Below, piece by piece: positions 31,650-45,380 of a stretch of 64,000 nucleotides of DNA (within the stretch, counting starts at the first letter, position 1; each line of letters begins with the position of its first letter). The stretch comes from Methanocaldococcus sp. 28A. GTDB lineage: Archaea; AGJL01; Methanococci; Methanococcales; Methanocaldococcaceae. The position numbers and the translations under genes are program-made. Under the pieces are notes generated by a model. It saw only the letters and a list, made by a program, of their open reading frames with translations, had not been told where the DNA came from and searched no databases. Location of the stretch: NCBI GenBank assembly GCA_049852185.1, contig CP187540.1. The stretch is one strand, 5' to 3'.

Positions 31650-32582
31650 TTATTCAAATTCAATGGTTGCTGGTGGTTTGTCAGTTATATCAAATACAAC
31701 TCTTGCTACATTAGGTATTTCCGAAGTGATTCTTTTACTAATTCTTTTTAACAAATCAAAAGGAATCTCTGGAACATGGGCAGTCATTGCATCTAAAGAT
31801 TTAACCATCCTTAATGCAACAATCCAGTTGTATTCCCTTTCATCTCCTTTAACTCCAGTAGCTTTGCAATCTAAAACAACAGCAAAATATTGCCATAAAT
31901 CTTTATCTAAATTAGCTTTTTTAACTTCTTCTTCAACTATTGCGTTTGCCTCTCTACAGATGTTTAATTTTTCTTCTGTAACCTCTCCTAAGACTCTAAC
32001 AGCCAATCCGGGACCTGGGAATGGTTGCCTATAGACAATACTATCTGGCAATCCCAATTCCTTAGCTAATAATCTAACCTCATCTTTGTATAGCTCTCTC
32101 AATGGCTCAACAACTTCCAAAACCATTCCATGAGGCAAAGCTACATTGTGATGGCTCTTTATATTCCCTTTTGTTTCAATCCAATCCGGAGCTATAGTTC
32201 CCTGAACTAAAACCTCTGCCTTAATTTCTTCAGCAATCTCTTCAAAAACATCAATAAATAACTTTCCTATAATTTTTCTCTTCTCTTCTGGGTCTGTAAC
32301 TCCTCTTAAAGCATTTAAAAATCTATCTTTTGCATCAACAACTATTAAATTTAATCCTAACTTGTCTCTAAATGTTTTTTCAACTTCTTCCCTCTCTCCT
32401 TTTCTCATTAATCCAGTATCTACAAATACAGCAGTTAGCTTATCTCCAATAGCTTTGTGGGTTAAGACGGCAGCAACAGAGCTATCTACTCCTCCACTTA
32501 AAGCAATTATTGCTTTTCTATCGCCAATTTTTTGTTTTATCTCTTCTACAGCCTCTTCAATAAATTTCTGTGGATTAAACAT
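31650..32582 (-). CDS. guaAB: GMP synthase subunit B (ATPPase)
   Basis: [29 protein letters not shown]. Confidence 0.95.
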   Translation of the reverse strand: MFNPQKFIEEAVEEIKQKIGDRKAIIALSGGVDSSVAAVLTHKAIGDKLTAVFVDTGLMRKGEREEVEKTFRDKLGLNLIVVDAKDRFLNALRGVTDPEEKRKIIGKLFIDVFEEIAEEIKAEVLVQGTIAPDWIETKGNIKSHHNVALPHGMVLEVVEPLRELYKDEVRLLAKELGLPDSIVYRQPFPGPGLAVRVLGEVTEEKLNICREANAIVEEEVKKANLDKDLWQYFAVVLDCKATGVKGDEREYNWIVALRMVKSLDAMTAHVPEIPFDLLKRISKRITSEIPNVARVVFDITDKPPATIEFE

Positions 32583-32677
32583 AAAGATATCACCTTTAAA
32601 TTTATGATTAAGAAGTTTATTATGCTAAAATAATAACTTTATATTTAAAAATTTTCCTGTAAAATTCTATTATAGTT

Positions 32678-33034
32678 TTATTTTTCTTCTTTCTCAACAT
32701 TTTTACCATTATTTTCATCTTCTTCTAATATAATAATGTTTTTTTTACAGCCATTTAGATGTTTAAAAGCATTTTCTTCAAGTTTTTTAGCTAAATTTTT
32801 TGGAACATTCTCCATATTATCAGCTAAATACCTCGCTACACAGGCAGATAATAGCAATATAGCAGCTTTTTGTTCACTTTTAAGTCGATGAATATGATGA
32901 GGTCTAATATCTAAAGTTTCATAAATTTCAAATAATTTTTTGCATTCCTTATTATTTTTAAAATCATCGTTCATAATTTCTTTTACAACATAAACAAAAA
33001 ATTGATGAAGTTTCATTAACTGTTCTTTGTGCAT
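32678..33034 (-). CDS. UPF0058 protein
   Basis: MHKEQLxxLH...PHHIHRLKSE. Confidence 0.8.
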   Translation of the reverse strand: MHKEQLMKLHQFFVYVVKEIMNDDFKNNKECKKLFEIYETLDIRPHHIHRLKSEQKAAILLLSACVARYLADNMENVPKNLAKKLEENAFKHLNGCKKNIIILEEDENNGKNVEKEEK

Positions 33035-33122
33035 GTTATCACTTTAAATATAAAGAAGAAATTTAAAACCTTAAGATTAATAATAAAATTGGCTAAGAAA
33101 TATATAAAATTTTGGTGGGATT

Positions 33123-34394
33123 ATGAGAGATATTATTAATAAGCTTAGCCCCATTATAATAGAAAAAGCTGACAAAAAGTTTGGAGTTTCAAGAATATTA
33201 AAGAAGTATGATGGAAAGCCAGTGTATATAAAAGACGTAAATGGATTTGAGGTTGTAGGAAATCTCTGTAGTAGAGAAACTCTCTCAAAGATTTTTAATG
33301 TAAAGAAAGAAGATTTTATATTCTTTATGATAGATTCTATGGAAAAAGAAAAAGAAGGAAAATTGAAGGTAAATAACAAATTGAAAGAAAAATACATTAT
33401 TGAAAGTCCAGAGAAGATTAAGGAATGGCCTATTCCAATCTATTATGAAAAAGATGCTGGACCTTATATAACAAGTGGTGTTGTTGTTGTAAATGATAAA
33501 GATTATGGTTGTAATTTATCAATTCATAGGATTTTGGTTAAAGACAATCATTTAGTTATAAGAATGGTTGAGCAGAGGCACTTACACTTTTTATATACTA
33601 AAGCAATAAAAGAGAGAGGTTATTTAGATGTGGCTATAATTATAGGGGTTCATCCAGCTGTTTTGTTAGCTGGCTCTACTTCAGCAGATATAACATTTGA
33701 TGAGCTTAAATTTGCAGCTGCTTTGTTGGGTGGTGAAATAGAAGTATTTGAGCTAAATAACGGTTTATTAGTTCCTGAGGCAGAGTTTATTATTGAGGGA
33801 AAAATATTGCCAGAAATGGATGATGAAGGGCCTTTTGTTGATATAACAGGAACTTATGATATTGTTAGGAAGCAGCCAATAATTAAAATTGAAAGATTAT
33901 ATAGAAAAGAAAAGCCAATATTCCATGCTCTATTACCAGGAGGAATTGAGCATAAGACATTGATGGGAATGCCTCAAGAGCCGAGAATTTTAAAAGGAGT
34001 AAGAAATACTGTTCCAACAGTGAAGAATGTTGTTTTAACTGAAGGAGGCTGCTGTTGGCTTCATGCTGTAGTTCAAATAGAAAAAAGAACTGAAGGAGAT
34101 GGAAAAAATGCTATATTGGCAGCATTCTCTTCTCATCCAAGTTTAAAACATGTAGTTGTCGTTGATGATGACATAAATATTTTTGATATAAATGATGTTG
34201 AATATGCTATAGCTACAAGAGTGCAGGGGGATAAAGACATTATTATAATACCTGGAGCAAAAGGTTCATCTTTAGACCCTTCAAGTGATTTAAAGAATAA
34301 ATTAACTGCAAAAGTGGGGATAGATGCAACAATGAGCTTAGTTAAAGGAAAAGAGCATTTTGAAAGGGCTAAGATTCCTGATGATTTAGAATGA
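33123..34394 (+). CDS. UbiD-family decarboxylase (anhydromevalonate phosphate decarboxylase-like)
   Basis: DAGPYIT, EGPFVD, GSSLDPS, K.GIDAT. Confidence 0.85.
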   Translation: MRDIINKLSPIIIEKADKKFGVSRILKKYDGKPVYIKDVNGFEVVGNLCSRETLSKIFNVKKEDFIFFMIDSMEKEKEGKLKVNNKLKEKYIIESPEKIKEWPIPIYYEKDAGPYITSGVVVVNDKDYGCNLSIHRILVKDNHLVIRMVEQRHLHFLYTKAIKERGYLDVAIIIGVHPAVLLAGSTSADITFDELKFAAALLGGEIEVFELNNGLLVPEAEFIIEGKILPEMDDEGPFVDITGTYDIVRKQPIIKIERLYRKEKPIFHALLPGGIEHKTLMGMPQEPRILKGVRNTVPTVKNVVLTEGGCCWLHAVVQIEKRTEGDGKNAILAAFSSHPSLKHVVVVDDDINIFDINDVEYAIATRVQGDKDIIIIPGAKGSSLDPSSDLKNKLTAKVGIDATMSLVKGKEHFERAKIPDDLE

Positions 34395-35072
34395 TTTAAG
34401 CTTAATTATTAATTCCCCAAACAATTTTTCCTGAATTAACTCTGCCTTTCCATCATTAGCTAAGTATAAAGAGGGAATAAAATACCTTACTCTCTCTTCC
34501 TTTGTTTTAAACCTTTCCTGATAAATTATAATCCCCTCTTTCATTAAATCTTCTAAGAGCTCTGCTATTATGTCTGAAATATCTTCATCTTCTATAAGCT
34601 CTTCTATAATCTCTTCAACTTCATTTATCTTTTTTTCCCTCTTTTTTTTAGATTTTTTTACTTTATTTAGCTCTTTCTCGATAGTTTTAATTAATTCCTC
34701 AACAGTAACTGGCTTTTTACTTTTTTTATTTTTTTCTTTATCTTCTTTTTCCTTTTTTCTGCTTTTTTTTGGTTTATTCTCTATCTCATCGTAGTAATAA
34801 TCATCATAGTATTCATAATCATCATCCTCTTCAACTTTGCATTCGTCATATAGCGCTTCAGATTTCATTCTCAATAAGATGCCTCCAACAAGAATAACAT
34901 CGGCAGACAACCTAATATCAAACTTTTTAAGCTCTTTGATTTTTTGAATATAATAATCTGCTACTTCAGCAATATTTATATCCCAAGGATTTAGATTTTT
35001 TTTCTCTATCCCCTCTTTAATCATTCTAACCCAAAAAACAATGTCAAAATTGGCATCAACCATAACAATCAT
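34386..35072 (-). CDS. scpA: Segregation and condensation protein A (kleisin)
   Basis: NPWDINI...LLRMKS...QEKLFGE. Confidence 0.85.
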   Translation of the reverse strand: MIVMVDANFDIVFWVRMIKEGIEKKNLNPWDINIAEVADYYIQKIKELKKFDIRLSADVILVGGILLRMKSEALYDECKVEEDDDYEYYDDYYYDEIENKPKKSRKKEKEDKEKNKKSKKPVTVEELIKTIEKELNKVKKSKKKREKKINEVEEIIEELIEDEDISDIIAELLEDLMKEGIIIYQERFKTKEERVRYFIPSLYLANDGKAELIQEKLFGELIIKLKSF

Positions 35073-35075
35073 CCT

Positions 35076-35140
35076 CCATAGAGGGGCAAAGCCCCTCTAT
35101 TGGTATACTCCCCCATAAGCTTGCCTTTTTATTTAATAAT
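35076..35140. repeat. Family C single module
   Basis: CCATAGAGGGGC-AAA-GCCCCTCTATTGGTATACTCCCCCATAAGCTTG, near-identical to 10606-10670. Confidence 0.85.
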
Positions 35141-35142
35141 TT

Positions 35143-35631
35143 TTATTTACTATCAGAACCCTCTTTCACTAAATTATCTTTTACTTTTTTAACAACTCTA
35201 ATTCCAAAAATTTTCGTCTCTGGATAATTCCCAGTTTCGTCTTTTTCAACAGATTTAACCATATCCCAAATTGTCAATAGAGCTATAGAGATACCAGTCA
35301 AAGCTTCCATTTCAATTCCTGTTTTGTATGTGGTTTTTACTGAACAAGTAGCTTTTATCTTATCTTCAAACATCTCAAAGTCAATATTTACTGAAGTTAT
35401 TGGTATAGGATGGCACATTGGAATTAGTTCATAAGTTTTTTTAACAGCCAGTATTCCAGCTATTTGTGCAGTTGTTAAAACATTACCTTTTTTAATTTTT
35501 TGTTCTTTTATCAATTTAATAGTTTCTGGCTTTAATTTTATATAGCCCTCTGCAACACATTCTCTATAAACATCTTCTTTTTTAGAGATATCAACCATCT
35601 TAACTCCTTTATCATCAACATGCGTGAGCAT
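35143..35631 (-). CDS. moaC: Cyclic pyranopterin monophosphate synthase
   Basis: MVDIS.K, LIPMCHP, TG.EMEAL, WDMVK. Confidence 0.95.
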   Translation of the reverse strand: MLTHVDDKGVKMVDISKKEDVYRECVAEGYIKLKPETIKLIKEQKIKKGNVLTTAQIAGILAVKKTYELIPMCHPIPITSVNIDFEMFEDKIKATCSVKTTYKTGIEMEALTGISIALLTIWDMVKSVEKDETGNYPETKIFGIRVVKKVKDNLVKEGSDSK

Positions 35632-35685
35632 TTAATCACCACTACTTTATTAAATTAAACTAATACAACAATTAATATAATAATA

Positions 35686-35768
35686 TAATATAAGGTAATA
35701 ATGAATACTCCATAAGGAAGGCATTCAAAATTTCCTTTTTAAAGTTTATTTTATTTTGCACACAAATA
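35686..35768. mobile_element. One-ended family A remnant
   Basis: Central hairpin and TTTTGCACACAAATA end. Confidence 0.7.
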
Positions 35769-35818
35769 TATATAAATCATTTTTATAAATATATTTATAT
35801 ATGTAAGTTTAAAGTTTA

Positions 35819-37444
35819 TTGGTGATTATCATGGATGAAAAGACAAAGTTAATGAGATGTATCATTGAAAGAATTTTAGATGAACACAACAAAGGAAAAA
35901 TTTTAGATAAAAAGAAAATAGAGCAGATTAAAGCGGAGTGCTTAAGAATACATAGAATTGGTATTGGGCATCCATCAAACTCTGAAATTTTACAGTATGC
36001 TACTGAAGAAGAAAAGAAAGTGCTAATTCCAATATTAAGAAAAAAACCAGTTAGAACAATCTCTGGTGTTGCTGTTGTTGCTGTCATGACATCTCCAGAA
36101 AAATGTCCTCATGGAAAGTGTATGTTCTGTCCAGGAGGAGTTGGAAGTGTGTTTGGAGATGTTCCTCAAAGCTATACTGGAAAAGAACCAGCCACTATGA
36201 GAGGTTTAATGTTTAACTTTAATCCTTATTTGCAAACAAAGGCAAGGATTGAGCAGTTAGAAAAGGTAGGGCATCCAACAAATAAAATAGAGCTTATTGT
36301 AATGGGAGGGACATTTCCCGCGAGAGATATAGCTTATCAAGATTGGTTTATTAAGAGATGCTTAGATGCTATGAACGGTGTTGAGGCAGGTAGCTTAGAG
36401 GAAGCTCAAAAGATAAATGAAACTGCAGAACATAGATGTGTAGCTCTCTGCATAGAAACAAGACCTGATTATTGTGGAGAAAAAGAAATTAATCAGATGT
36501 TAAAATTAGGGGCTACAAGAGTAGAGTTAGGAGTTCAAACAATTTATAATGAGATTTTAGAATTCTGCAAAAGAGGGCATAGTGTTGAAGACACTATAAA
36601 GGCTACTCAATTATTAAAAGATAGTGGTTTAAAAGTATCTTATCACTTAATGCCAGGAATGCCTGGCTCTGATATGGAGATGGATAAAAAGATGTTTAAA
36701 GAGATATTTAGCAATCCAGATTTTATGCCAGATATGGTTAAAATCTATCCATGTTTAGTTATTGAAGGAACTGAACTCTATGAAATGTGGAAGAGAGGAG
36801 AGTTTAAACCATACAGAGAAGAGGAGGCAATAGAGATAATTAGCTATGCAAAATCAATAATGCCAAAATGGGTTAGGACTTCAAGAATTCAGAGGGATAT
36901 TCCAGCAACTGTAATAGTTGATGGAGTTAAGAAAAGTAACTTGGGAGAGTTAGTTTATAAATATATGGAAAAGCATGGTATTAAATGCAAGTGTATAAGA
37001 TGTAGAGAAGTAGGGCATGTAATGTATAAAAAAGGAATAATACCAGATATTGAGCATATAAAGTTATGTAGAGAAGAATATGAGGCAAGTGGTGGAACTG
37101 AGATATTCTTATCCTATGAAGATGTAAAAAATGATATATTAATTGCTTTCTTAAGATTGAGAGAGCCATATAAACCATTTAGAAAAGAGATTGATGACAA
37201 TACTATGTTAGTTAGGCAGTTGCATGTCTGCGGACAAGAAAAACCTTTAACAAAAGATTTAAAAGAAATTACTTGGCAACATAAAGGTTATGGAAAAAAA
37301 CTTTTAGAAGAAGCTGAAAGGATAGCTAAAGAAGAGTTTGGTAAGAAGAAAATTTTAGTAACAAGCGGTATTGGTGTTAGAGAATACTACAGAAAGTTAG
37401 GATATGAGAGAGTTGGGGTTTATATGGGTAAATACTTAGAATAA
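35819..37444 (+). CDS. elp3: tRNA uridine(34) acetyltransferase Elp3
   Basis: CPHGKCxFCPGG radical SAM, ETRPD, GNAT QHKGYG. Confidence 0.95.
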   Translation: MVIIMDEKTKLMRCIIERILDEHNKGKILDKKKIEQIKAECLRIHRIGIGHPSNSEILQYATEEEKKVLIPILRKKPVRTISGVAVVAVMTSPEKCPHGKCMFCPGGVGSVFGDVPQSYTGKEPATMRGLMFNFNPYLQTKARIEQLEKVGHPTNKIELIVMGGTFPARDIAYQDWFIKRCLDAMNGVEAGSLEEAQKINETAEHRCVALCIETRPDYCGEKEINQMLKLGATRVELGVQTIYNEILEFCKRGHSVEDTIKATQLLKDSGLKVSYHLMPGMPGSDMEMDKKMFKEIFSNPDFMPDMVKIYPCLVIEGTELYEMWKRGEFKPYREEEAIEIISYAKSIMPKWVRTSRIQRDIPATVIVDGVKKSNLGELVYKYMEKHGIKCKCIRCREVGHVMYKKGIIPDIEHIKLCREEYEASGGTEIFLSYEDVKNDILIAFLRLREPYKPFRKEIDDNTMLVRQLHVCGQEKPLTKDLKEITWQHKGYGKKLLEEAERIAKEEFGKKKILVTSGIGVREYYRKLGYERVGVYMGKYLE

Positions 37445-37970
37445 ATGACACAATGAAGGGGAGATATAGGTTATCATCTATTTTTATTCTTTTGCTTATA
37501 AATTCAGAAAATGATGCTATTAGTGAAACTAAAATTCCATAAATTCCATAAAATGGATATAAAATCAATGAAGCAGAGATAAAAAATGCCAAAAATCCTT
37601 CAACTGTTTTTCCAAAGTATTTTATTTTTAGTTGTCCTCTAATACCTATGAATGTAGCTAAAGCATCCCCTACGGCAAATACCAATATACCAAAAAATAT
37701 GGCGTTTATATCATCAATTAACAATAATGAGGCTAACATACCAAAGGCAAAGTATATAGCTCCTTTTCCATCTTCATTTTCTCTTTTGCAAATATTTAAT
37801 AAATCTGAAATTATTGGAACATAATGCCTTTTACATAAAAAATATAAAAAAATCCCTACTGTTATACTAATAATTAATGGAATTATTAATGCTTTTTTAA
37901 ATACCAATACTGAAAAAGCTATTAAAATCCCAGCAACTAAGTGAATTGTTTGTCTATAAAATTCTCCCAA
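37377..37970 (-). CDS. Dolichol/phytol kinase-like membrane protein
   Basis: RQxIH, GDALAT, KTVEG, DDNL motifs. Confidence 0.8.
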   Translation of the reverse strand: MGEFYRQTIHLVAGILIAFSVLVFKKALIIPLIISITVGIFLYFLCKRHYVPIISDLLNICKRENEDGKGAIYFAFGMLASLLLIDDINAIFFGILVFAVGDALATFIGIRGQLKIKYFGKTVEGFLAFFISASLILYPFYGIYGILVSLIASFSEFISKRIKIDDNLYLPFIVSFILSIYPYKPQLSHILTFCSIL

Positions 37971-38036
37971 GGTTTCAACCTTTTTAATTTGTTAGTGATG
38001 TAATGATTATTAAAACAGAAACTTATTAATATTTTT

Positions 38037-38603
38037 TTGGTTAAAATAAAAATTGGTGATAATATGAAAGATATCAAAAAACTTCTTCTCTTAGTTTTTG
38101 CAGTAGCTATAACAGTTAGCTTTTCAGGATGTTTAGAGCAGCCAAAAATTGAAATTATTGGGCAGAAAATCCAAAAACTGAATGCAAATAACACAAAGAT
38201 AGAGATTCAAGTGTTGGTTGATAATCCAAATCCTATTGGGATAACCATTGACAAAATTTCATTTGATATTTATGCTTTGGTTGATGGGGATAGAATATAT
38301 TTAGGACATGGAGAGCAGAGAAATATTAAAATAACCTCTGGAAATAACACTTTCACTCTACCAATAACCATATCCAACAAAAAACTTATTGAAGTTGCTG
38401 TAAAAGGTAAAAGCACAAAAATACCTGTTGAAATTAAGGGAGATATTGAAGTTAATTTAATTATAACAACTGTAAATATTCCAATAGATATTAAACAAGA
38501 GATAGATGTCTCTGCGATAGTAAAAGAAGAGATATTAAATCAATTAAGTAATTTAAATAACTTAAATACTAGCCAAATACAATCAATAACTCAAACTCAG
38601 TAG
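38037..38603 (+). CDS. LEA-2/WHy-domain lipoprotein
   Basis: SGC lipobox, NPNP motif; start probably ATG ~38064. Confidence 0.8.
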   Translation: MVKIKIGDNMKDIKKLLLLVFAVAITVSFSGCLEQPKIEIIGQKIQKLNANNTKIEIQVLVDNPNPIGITIDKISFDIYALVDGDRIYLGHGEQRNIKITSGNNTFTLPITISNKKLIEVAVKGKSTKIPVEIKGDIEVNLIITTVNIPIDIKQEIDVSAIVKEEILNQLSNLNNLNTSQIQSITQTQ

Positions 38604-38689
38604 TTTATTAAGTATTTTTCATTAATTATTTTTAGATTAATCTTTTTTATTTTTAGTATTAAAAATAATTAGATATTAATCAATAACTA

Positions 38690-39382
38690 TTATTCTTCTT
38701 TTATAATTTCCACTCCATACCTAACAACATTGTCTCTCATTAAATAATCTCTAAATTCACATATTTTGTAAGTCATTTCTATAATCTTTTTTGCATATAA
38801 TGGCTCAACTAACGTGTTTAAAAAAGCTCTTAAGTCATTGGGATTTTTTATCTGATATTTATTTTCAGCATCAGTGCATATAACAACAGGCACATCAAAC
38901 TTTTTTGCCAATTTTAGGTTATTTCTAAAAAATATTAATGTTCTTGCCCTCTCATATCCATCTTTGTTCATTAGATTTTTGAGATTAACTTCAATAGCTA
39001 CTCTATGATTTGATGCTAATCTTGCTAATACATGGTCTATGCCACTATCTTTTCTTCCAAGTTCAGGGGTTGATAAAATATCAACATCATGCATCTCTAC
39101 AACGGCTCTATTTATTTTTAAAATTCCTCCTTCAACCAATATTATATGACATTTATTTCTAAACTTTTTTACCTTGTTTCTTAATTCTTTAGAACTTTCT
39201 GCCTTTATTTTAACTCCAGAATATACTTTTAATTTGTAATTTTCACCAATAGCTTTAACTTCTTCATATTTTTCTTTGCTAAATTCATCGTCATATTGAT
39301 AAAAAACAAATCCATTCCATTTTAATTCCTTGAGTAATTTAATTTCCTCTTCATTTTCTATCCTGTTTATATCAATCCTCAT
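38690..39382 (-). CDS. rnp3: RNase P protein component 3 (Rpp30)
   Basis: GGxxKINRA, VDILSTPE, GIDHVLA. Confidence 0.92.
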   Translation of the reverse strand: MRIDINRIENEEEIKLLKELKWNGFVFYQYDDEFSKEKYEEVKAIGENYKLKVYSGVKIKAESSKELRNKVKKFRNKCHIILVEGGILKINRAVVEMHDVDILSTPELGRKDSGIDHVLARLASNHRVAIEVNLKNLMNKDGYERARTLIFFRNNLKLAKKFDVPVVICTDAENKYQIKNPNDLRAFLNTLVEPLYAKKIIEMTYKICEFRDYLMRDNVVRYGVEIIKEE

Positions 39383-39395
39383 GATATCCCATTAA

Positions 39396-40070
39396 TTATT
39401 TAAATCTAATAACCTTACTTTCTTCTTTATTATAAATACCAACTGCATCTATACTATTTTCCAATAACGCAAACATCACATCTCTCTCATATCCAAGATT
39501 TTTTAGATTTTCTGCAGATGAAGAATTTAAAATCAAAGACATCCAATCGTGTTTAGTTAATTCTACTGCAGCTTTAATGAATTCATCAAACTCTCTGTTA
39601 AGGTATTTAGCTATAATACCACATCCAATAAAATCATCTATTGCAAAGTTATTCTCTCTGTGGCAAGGGATTAAGCTTATATCTTCAAACTCTTTAACAG
39701 CTTCAGCAACATACTTTGCATTAACTATAGCTCCTATAAAAATATGCTCTGCATCTAAGTTTTTTAAAACTCTTGTTCCATTTGTAGTTGATAAAATAAC
39801 TTTCTCTCCATTTTCATACCTTTCCTTTATAATATCTTTATTCGCTAAAATCTCAGTTGGAGAATTTCCAAAGTCAAAGTTCTCTATTTTTTTACCTTTT
39901 CTCTCTCCAATATATATAGCATTTTCTTCTCTACATGTTGAGGTGGTTATATATACTTCATCAATAAATGATAAGAGTGTTATTATTGTTGTAGATGCTC
40001 TCAAAACATCAACTACTATAGCTACATCATTACATTTATACTCAGCAAATTTGTTACATAAAGTTATCAT
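39396..40070 (-). CDS. comB: 2-phosphosulfolactate phosphatase (coenzyme M synthesis)
   Basis: DVLRASTT, GER, FGNSP, TTNGT. Confidence 0.92.
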   Translation of the reverse strand: MITLCNKFAEYKCNDVAIVVDVLRASTTIITLLSFIDEVYITTSTCREENAIYIGERKGKKIENFDFGNSPTEILANKDIIKERYENGEKVILSTTNGTRVLKNLDAEHIFIGAIVNAKYVAEAVKEFEDISLIPCHRENNFAIDDFIGCGIIAKYLNREFDEFIKAAVELTKHDWMSLILNSSSAENLKNLGYERDVMFALLENSIDAVGIYNKEESKVIRFK

Positions 40071-40116
40071 ACTATCAACCTTTTGAAATTTTTGAAAGCT
40101 TTAGGAGGGAAAAATA

Positions 40117-40749
40117 TTGAGTGTAGAAGGATTTTTACAAATTATAGGAATAATAACACTAACAATATTTGCTTTAGCATTTATATCCTTCATCTTAATT
40201 TTAATTATCGGCTATGTATTATTAAAAAAGAATAAATTAATATTTCCAAATTTAGCTTTATTTTTAATGGATAATCTTTACTCAATACTATTGAAGATAT
40301 TCCTTCTAATAGGAACAGAGGATACATTTTATAGAGTAGGGATAGAATTTTACAACAAATATTATGAAGACAAATTTAAAAAAACTGAGAAGAGAGTTTT
40401 GATATTACCGCATTGTCTTAGAGATACGAAATGCCCAGCTAAGCTAACGCCAAAGGGTGTTGAGTGCATATTTTGTAATAGATGTAAAATTGGGGATATT
40501 ATAAAAGTTGCTGAAGAAAAGGGTTATAAGGTTTATATAGTGCCTGGCTCTACATTTTTAAAGAGAATTTTAAAGGAAGTAAGGCCAGAAGGAGTTTTTG
40601 GAGTAGCATGTAATAGAGATTTATTTTATGGAATGAACTCATTATCAAGAAAAGGTATCCCCTCACAAGGACAACCTTTATTAAGGGATGGATGCATAAA
40701 TACTCTGGTCGATGTTGATGAACTAATAACAAGATTAAAATCATTATAA
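40117..40749 (+). CDS. DUF116 protein
   Basis: LPHCLR..CPA, CxxCxxC, VPGS, GVAC. Confidence 0.85.
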   Translation: MSVEGFLQIIGIITLTIFALAFISFILILIIGYVLLKKNKLIFPNLALFLMDNLYSILLKIFLLIGTEDTFYRVGIEFYNKYYEDKFKKTEKRVLILPHCLRDTKCPAKLTPKGVECIFCNRCKIGDIIKVAEEKGYKVYIVPGSTFLKRILKEVRPEGVFGVACNRDLFYGMNSLSRKGIPSQGQPLLRDGCINTLVDVDELITRLKSL

Positions 40750-40790
40750 TTTATAATAATATAATAGTATAATAATTAAGGTGAGATTGA

Positions 40791-42780
<1,990 letters not shown>

Positions 42781-42838
42781 TACTAATCACACAAAAGGTT
42801 TTTATCTAAGTTTCTAAGTTAATGATAAAATAATAAGT

Positions 42839-43093
42839 ATGAGGTGGATATTTATGGGTTTAGAACATCTAATTTTATTGATATTAATAATTGCAGTAGG
42901 AATTTTATTCTTTAAACTAACTTATAAAATATTGAGATATTTAGCGGTGAATACAATAATCGGTTTGATATTGGTAGGAATTTTAAATTTCCTCGGAATT
43001 GTGCATATAAAGCTAACCTTAATAAACTTATTAATAATAGCAGTTGGGGGAATAATAGGAGTCTTTATCTTAATTTTGCTTTCAATTTTATAA
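42839..43093 (+). CDS. BofA-like small membrane protein
   Basis: Hydrophobic; N.IIG.IL...N...GGI.G pattern. Confidence 0.65.
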   Translation: MRWIFMGLEHLILLILIIAVGILFFKLTYKILRYLAVNTIIGLILVGILNFLGIVHIKLTLINLLIIAVGGIIGVFILILLSIL

Positions 43094-43109
43094 AAATAAA
43101 AAAAAGATA

Positions 43110-43307
43110 TTAAGCTTTCATTGAATATTCATAAGCTTGACAAGCCCAATAATCTAAAACATCTTTTATAGATTTTAAGTTTTTTTCCTTTCTTTTTTTG
43201 ATTCTTGCCATGTTTCTTAGTATTTTTAATGTTCTTTCAATTTCGTCCTTACTCATTAAGGTGGCGTCTATTAATAAGCTTATTGCCTTCTTATCTATGT
43301 CATCCAT
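43110..43307 (-). CDS. Hypothetical protein
   Basis: 65-aa ORF with GGTGG RBS. Confidence 0.65.
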   Translation of the reverse strand: MDDIDKKAISLLIDATLMSKDEIERTLKILRNMARIKKRKEKNLKSIKDVLDYWACQAYEYSMKA

Positions 43308-43516
43308 AATACCACCTTTTAATATTATAATTTAGATTAGTATTATGATATATAAGATTTTTGGTTGATAGTATGAAGATTTTATTTTTTCAATTAAGTA
43401 AAAGTTATTTTACAATTATTAAAATTTTTTGTATTATTGTAAATCCAAATATTTAAAATAATAAATTAACAATATAAAAATAAAAAAAGAAAAAGAAAGA
43501 AAAAGAGATTAAAATC

Positions 43517-44551
43517 TTACTGAATTCCCATTGCTTTATTTGTTTTTTCAATTGATTTAAAGTTGTCATTTTCCATTTGGAGCATAGCCCTTATACAGTC
43601 AATATTTTCAGGAACTACTATACTCTCTTGATGTACCGCTTGCATTAAAAATACCTCATTTTCTAAAACATTAACGCTCTCTTCCCAAACAACAAGCTCA
43701 TTTAAATCATATCTCAATCTTCCTAAGTCTCTTCCATACTCAATTATTTTAGCTGTTGAAGTAAATCCGTCTTCTGCTTTAACAGTCATAACTCTTGGAG
43801 TTTTTTGAATTGCATTTAAAACATCGTCTCTACTAACATCTCCATCAACTTCAACCATTAATGTGTGTTGGTGCATTAATGTTGTTGGAACTATAACTGC
43901 TGAAGTTAATATCTTTCCTTCAAGCTCTGGAATAACTGAAACAACATCAGGGCCGTGATGGGAAGGAACTGTAACTGGGTTTGGTGTTATAGCATTTATT
44001 GGACCTATTTTGTCATCATTTGGGTCTGCGGCCCTTCTTACTAAAACAACTCTTGCTTTCTTAATATCTGCAACTGAATTTATTGCATATAATATTCTAC
44101 ACAAACCTGTAGTGTTGCATGAAACAACTCTTACATAATCTTTTCCATAACATCTGTTATAACTCCATAAAGCGTTGAAGTTGTCTTCGACATCTTTTGC
44201 TTTTTCACCTCCTTGCAATATAGCTTTAACTTTATGAGGCTTGTAAATATTTTCTAAGTTTTGCTTTCCAATCTTCTTAGGAGCTCCGTCAACAACAATA
44301 TCTGCCTCTTCTATGATATCTAAAATAGTTCCTTCTACTGGAATTCCTGCGTCTTCAAATAATTTAACTCTCTCTTTATCTGGAATTGCTACAAATAACT
44401 TGTATCCTTTCTCAACAGCTAATCTTGCTTCAAAATCAGGTTTTGTCTTTGTAACTCCTATAACTTCCATATCATCTTGCATTGAAACTGCATCAGCTAC
44501 TCTTTTACCAATTGAGCCATATCCATTTATCAATACTTTTGCTGACATCAA
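43517..44551 (-). CDS. gap: Archaeal type II glyceraldehyde-3-phosphate dehydrogenase
   Basis: [31 protein letters not shown]. Confidence 0.96.
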   Translation of the reverse strand: MMSAKVLINGYGSIGKRVADAVSMQDDMEVIGVTKTKPDFEARLAVEKGYKLFVAIPDKERVKLFEDAGIPVEGTILDIIEEADIVVDGAPKKIGKQNLENIYKPHKVKAILQGGEKAKDVEDNFNALWSYNRCYGKDYVRVVSCNTTGLCRILYAINSVADIKKARVVLVRRAADPNDDKIGPINAITPNPVTVPSHHGPDVVSVIPELEGKILTSAVIVPTTLMHQHTLMVEVDGDVSRDDVLNAIQKTPRVMTVKAEDGFTSTAKIIEYGRDLGRLRYDLNELVVWEESVNVLENEVFLMQAVHQESIVVPENIDCIRAMLQMENDNFKSIEKTNKAMGIQ

Positions 44552-44786
44552 AGCTCACCATTGGTATTTGTTGTAGGAATATAATGTATGTTAGTAATAT
44601 ATATTTTTATAATTTGTTTATTTTAATAATATGAAAAAACAGTATCTCCAAACATCATAAAATAAAAGTTAATATTTTATAATAAATAACAAATTAAAAA
44701 AATAGAATGTGACAGAACTAATGAATGACATAAGATTGTTAAACTATAAAATCGTTTAATGTTAACAGATTATCTATTTTAAATTT

Positions 44787-45380
44787 TCATTTTAAATTTT
44801 CATAAACGAAATCATATTTTTTGTATTTTTCTAAATTATTCAAAATTTCTTTTAAAATATTATCCAACTGGTTTATACAATCTTCAAAACTACACTCATT
44901 AACTACTACAAAATCAGCCAATGCAATAGCATGGCCAATACTGAATCCCAATTCCCTTAAATCCCTTTCTACAAACACTTCCCAATTTACTGAATCATCT
45001 TCTCTCCCTCTTTTCATCAATCTTTTAAATCTTGTTAATGGGGAGGAGTGTATAGCTATTAAAACCAATGGATTATGTTTTCTAAAATAATTTACTTCAT
45101 ATAAACTTCTTATACCCTCTACAATAACAACATCTTTATCTTTCAAATTTTCTTCTATATATTTTAGGCAAGCTACTGCAATTGCTTCATTTCCAAACTC
45201 TTCCCTCAACTTTATAGCAGTATTTCCAACATTTTCAGGATTTAACTCTAAACCCCTTTTTTTTGTTTCATACCTAACAATGTCTCCCATGGAAACTACT
45301 GGCAGATTATATTTTTTTGCTACTTCATTTATTGCACTTTTTCCAGCACCAGGCATTCCTGTAATTCCTATTAATAGCAT
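44787..45380 (-). CDS. UPF0200 nucleotide kinase-like protein
   Basis: [17 protein letters not shown]. Confidence 0.8.
   Translation of the reverse strand: MLLIGITGMPGAGKSAINEVAKKYNLPVVSMGDIVRYETKKRGLELNPENVGNTAIKLREEFGNEAIAVACLKYIEENLKDKDVVIVEGIRSLYEVNYFRKHNPLVLIAIHSSPLTRFKRLMKRGREDDSVNWEVFVERDLRELGFSIGHAIALADFVVVNECSFEDCINQLDNILKEILNNLEKYKKYDFVYENLK

Noticed and set aside
37377-37444. 68-bp convergent overlap between elp3 and the kinase-like gene
   Set aside because: Convergent overlaps are common in this compact genome; probably simple stop-codon drift.
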